Origin: Ascidiella aspersa
Lineage: Eukaryota
Length of the DNA stretch: 64,000 bases
Direction of reading: 5' to 3'
Assembly: GCA_963924565.1 (NCBI GenBank)
Contig: OZ004614.1
Location: 3,720,001-3,784,000 of the forward strand
The notes under the pieces were generated by a model. That model did not search any database. It was not told where the DNA came from and was given only the letters and a program-made list of their open reading frames with translations. Shown in pieces: positions 61,279-64,000 of this stretch; within the stretch, counting starts at the first letter, position 1, and each line of letters opens with the position of its first letter. The position numbers and the translations under genes are program-made.

Positions 61279-64000
61279 TATAACTTTTGCTGTTTCAGAA
61301 TTAACCCCGAGCACAGCAAGACAGCAAATTCGTCAGAATAAACAGTTTCTACATGAAAAAATCAATTGTGCGGATTTAGACTCAATAACTAGATATATCT
61401 AGTTAACTAGTTCGATGAATTAGTACGGTACACGGACGTTTAAGTATAGATATTGTTGCAGTATAAAAGCGACGTATAACAGATTCCAAATAGTGAAAGG
61501 TGATTACTTAATTACCAATAAAAGGTTTTTATCACAAAATTTAAAGCATAGTAGGGCAGCCATCTAGTGCTTAAAACAGAAGCTTTAAGAAATAAGAATA
61601 TCAAGGCATTTCAAACGTTTCAACTAATTTTTATTAAGCTTGTAACATCATTTTTTAATATAGTGTCGAAAATGAATAAAGATCTATTCGTAACGTTTAC
61701 AATTATACCTGCTTCTGTATTGACTTTGATATTATTACTAGGTCGTACGTAAACATGTTAGTTCTTTTCTATTCAGTCGGGCGAACCAGTAAACAACTTT
61801 TAAATAAATCTAACAAGGGTCCTGACTTTATGCAATAAAACACACCAAACCTACATTTGGACAACGTACCGACATATTTTACGATTTTATACCAACAACA
61901 AAACAAATTGTTTGTTTTCATTAAACACACCTGCTTTTTCTTATACGACAAAATAAACAAAACTTCTCAACCGAAAACCGCCCAAATTTTCTTTACAATA
62001 AACCTCTTTTTTCGCGCAGGTATTCTCTCTCTGTCACACTCGACATAAATGCATCACGCATTTTTATAAATGACGTGTGTGTGCGTTGCACATATTTCCG
62101 TACCGTTTGCCAACGCTCCCATTGTTATAATGTAGCCTACTATGGTACCTTTGTACAGTACAGTCCGGCACAACTCGAAATGGTAGAGTGGTTGCAACAA
62201 AAGACTGTTAATTTCGGTCATCATACTAACGTTGACTAACTTTGCCGTTGTTATGTATGCACAATGTTGTTTAATCGAACTAGAAATGTCGCTGAGTGAC
62301 AAAGCACCAAAAACAACTGTCCATAAAAAGGTCGTTTCCCACGAACAGCTATAGATTTACCAAATTAAACACAGTGCTTAATTCTAATTTTATTGAAATT
62401 TGTAAATTGCTTGTGCGTTTAATATAGCAGTAGTTGCAATCCAATTGAAGGTTTTATGTAAAGCGTACCTTGTCCAGCGAAATATTTTTTTAGATTCTCA
62501 GTCTGAACAAACAATTTGTCTTTTTAATATTCTTTTGGTTTATTTTTAAATAATTCTTTGGATTCTTTGGTTTTTACAATACTATTTGGTGGGAAGGCAT
62601 TACAGTCATGTATAGGACTAGGTGAAATTAGCTGTATGCAAAAAAAAAGAATCGACCCGTGGTAGCCGAAAAGTGAGAAACCAATCGCCACATTACGAAT
62701 TTGATTAAACGCAAAGCCCGCACCTCACTTATATAGACAGAAATAAATACCGAACTGTTTACAAACCTTTTGATCAGCTAGATTTATTATAGACGCTGCA
62801 CCCTAATCCCAATCCCCACAGATGTATCAAAGTCTTTCTTTTTTTTCTTTTTTCTAGTTCTATTTTTTAAGTTTCTATTTTCTCTCTCCTTTCTCTTAGC
62901 GAACTTAAAACAAGGATTTTCCATGTTTGATGTTGCGTCGTTATTAGTAAGCGAAAACTGCACCGTTGGTTGAAGAGTTAAATACGCAACTACAGCAACG
63001 ACAGCAGAACAACTGCTTCTTCAAGTTCAAGTATTCTAATTCGAGCGACAAAAGTAGAGCTTTTAGACATCTCAATTGCCCTTAACACGACAATCAATAC
63101 AAAGTAGCTTAACATAGCAGCAGTACGCTATAGGATTAGCTTGGAATTATTTCCGAGTATCAATTGTAACGTATATTTATCATTTTTTTTTCTTTTAAAA
63201 ATATATGAAGTACTATATTAGTATAAAGCAGCAATATTTAAAACAGAATTTGCGTTGAATTCCATTTTAACTAAAACATAAATATACACAATGTGTATTC
63301 TGTGATCAGGCCCTTCTGGAGTTGTATTGGCCAACGATTACGGCGTCCATTATATAATACACAAGATGCCTGCAATATAAAATTGTATTGTGTAATACTA
63401 TTGTATTAATACCCACACACAACAAAATTGAAAAATATCCACAACGGAAAACGGCCCAAATCATCGGAATAGGACTTAAACCTGTTGGAAAAGTTAGTTA
63501 ACTCAGTGAAACAAGGCCTAAAAAAGTTGTTTTGCTGTCGATGTTTAGGCGCCGCTGGTTTGTCAGCTGAATATTTGTCGTTGTTAGGGGTGAGTAATGG
63601 TAAAGTTTATAATTTGAGTTATCATATGGTGGAATATTTTCCAACCACGCTTTATCAGTGTATCAGTTGCATCATACCCCTATGTGTGTATTGCTGTTAC
63701 ATCCACCCTAACTTAGCTATGTAAATCGGCGGAATACATGGCTGTATATTCGAAGCCGGATTGAGTGGTTAAACCTGGTCGGAAAAGTAGCCGAAGAGGT
63801 TTGGGTTTAATAATTATCCAAACCGACTGTGTTTTATTACGATATTGAAGGTTTTCTGACTTCGGTTGAAGTCCTGTAGTCCACAAAGACCTTAAATATG
63901 GTTGACACACATTGGGTGATGGGTGTATTCTGTAAGCTACCCCTATAAAATCTTACTGGCCAATGTTAACGACACGCATTACTAACGATTGTTTTTCTTT

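Noticed and set aside
63485-63930. Possible terminal exon of a gene beyond the window end
   Set aside because: An acceptor-like site exists near 63930 on the minus strand, but the frames are short and show no recognisable domain.

Overview
AT-rich, intron-rich animal (invertebrate-type) genomic DNA. The species cannot be determined from sequence alone. There are two N-gaps (13187-13347, 16340-16495). Reading GT-AG junctions and phases by hand gave four complete multi-exon genes whose coding exons join into open frames. (1) Adhesion GPCR A, + strand 408-20724, 16 exons, ~846 aa. (2) Its tandem paralog adhesion GPCR B, + strand 23544-41491, 16 exons with the same phases, ~1286 aa. Both run signal peptide, mucin stalk, 8-Cys EGF-like, HRM, GAIN/GPS, 7TM. 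(3) A two-Ig-domain type I membrane protein, - strand 50293-44584, 8 exons, ~310 aa. (4) A WSCD1/2-like WSC-domain sulfotransferase, - strand 61278-53573, 8 exons, ~514 aa. Introns hold many hAT-type MITEs with 8-bp TSDs, a tRNA-derived SINE family, foldback elements and minisatellites. Most notable: recurrent short duplications that copy real splice sites in three genes, including a donor-seeded minisatellite and a perfect 21-bp stem over an acceptor. Also notable: a patchwork of gene conversion between the GPCRs, concerted loss of one GPS disulfide, very different glyco-stalks on the two receptors, and an in-phase C-type-lectin-like cryptic terminal exon in GPCR A intron 8.
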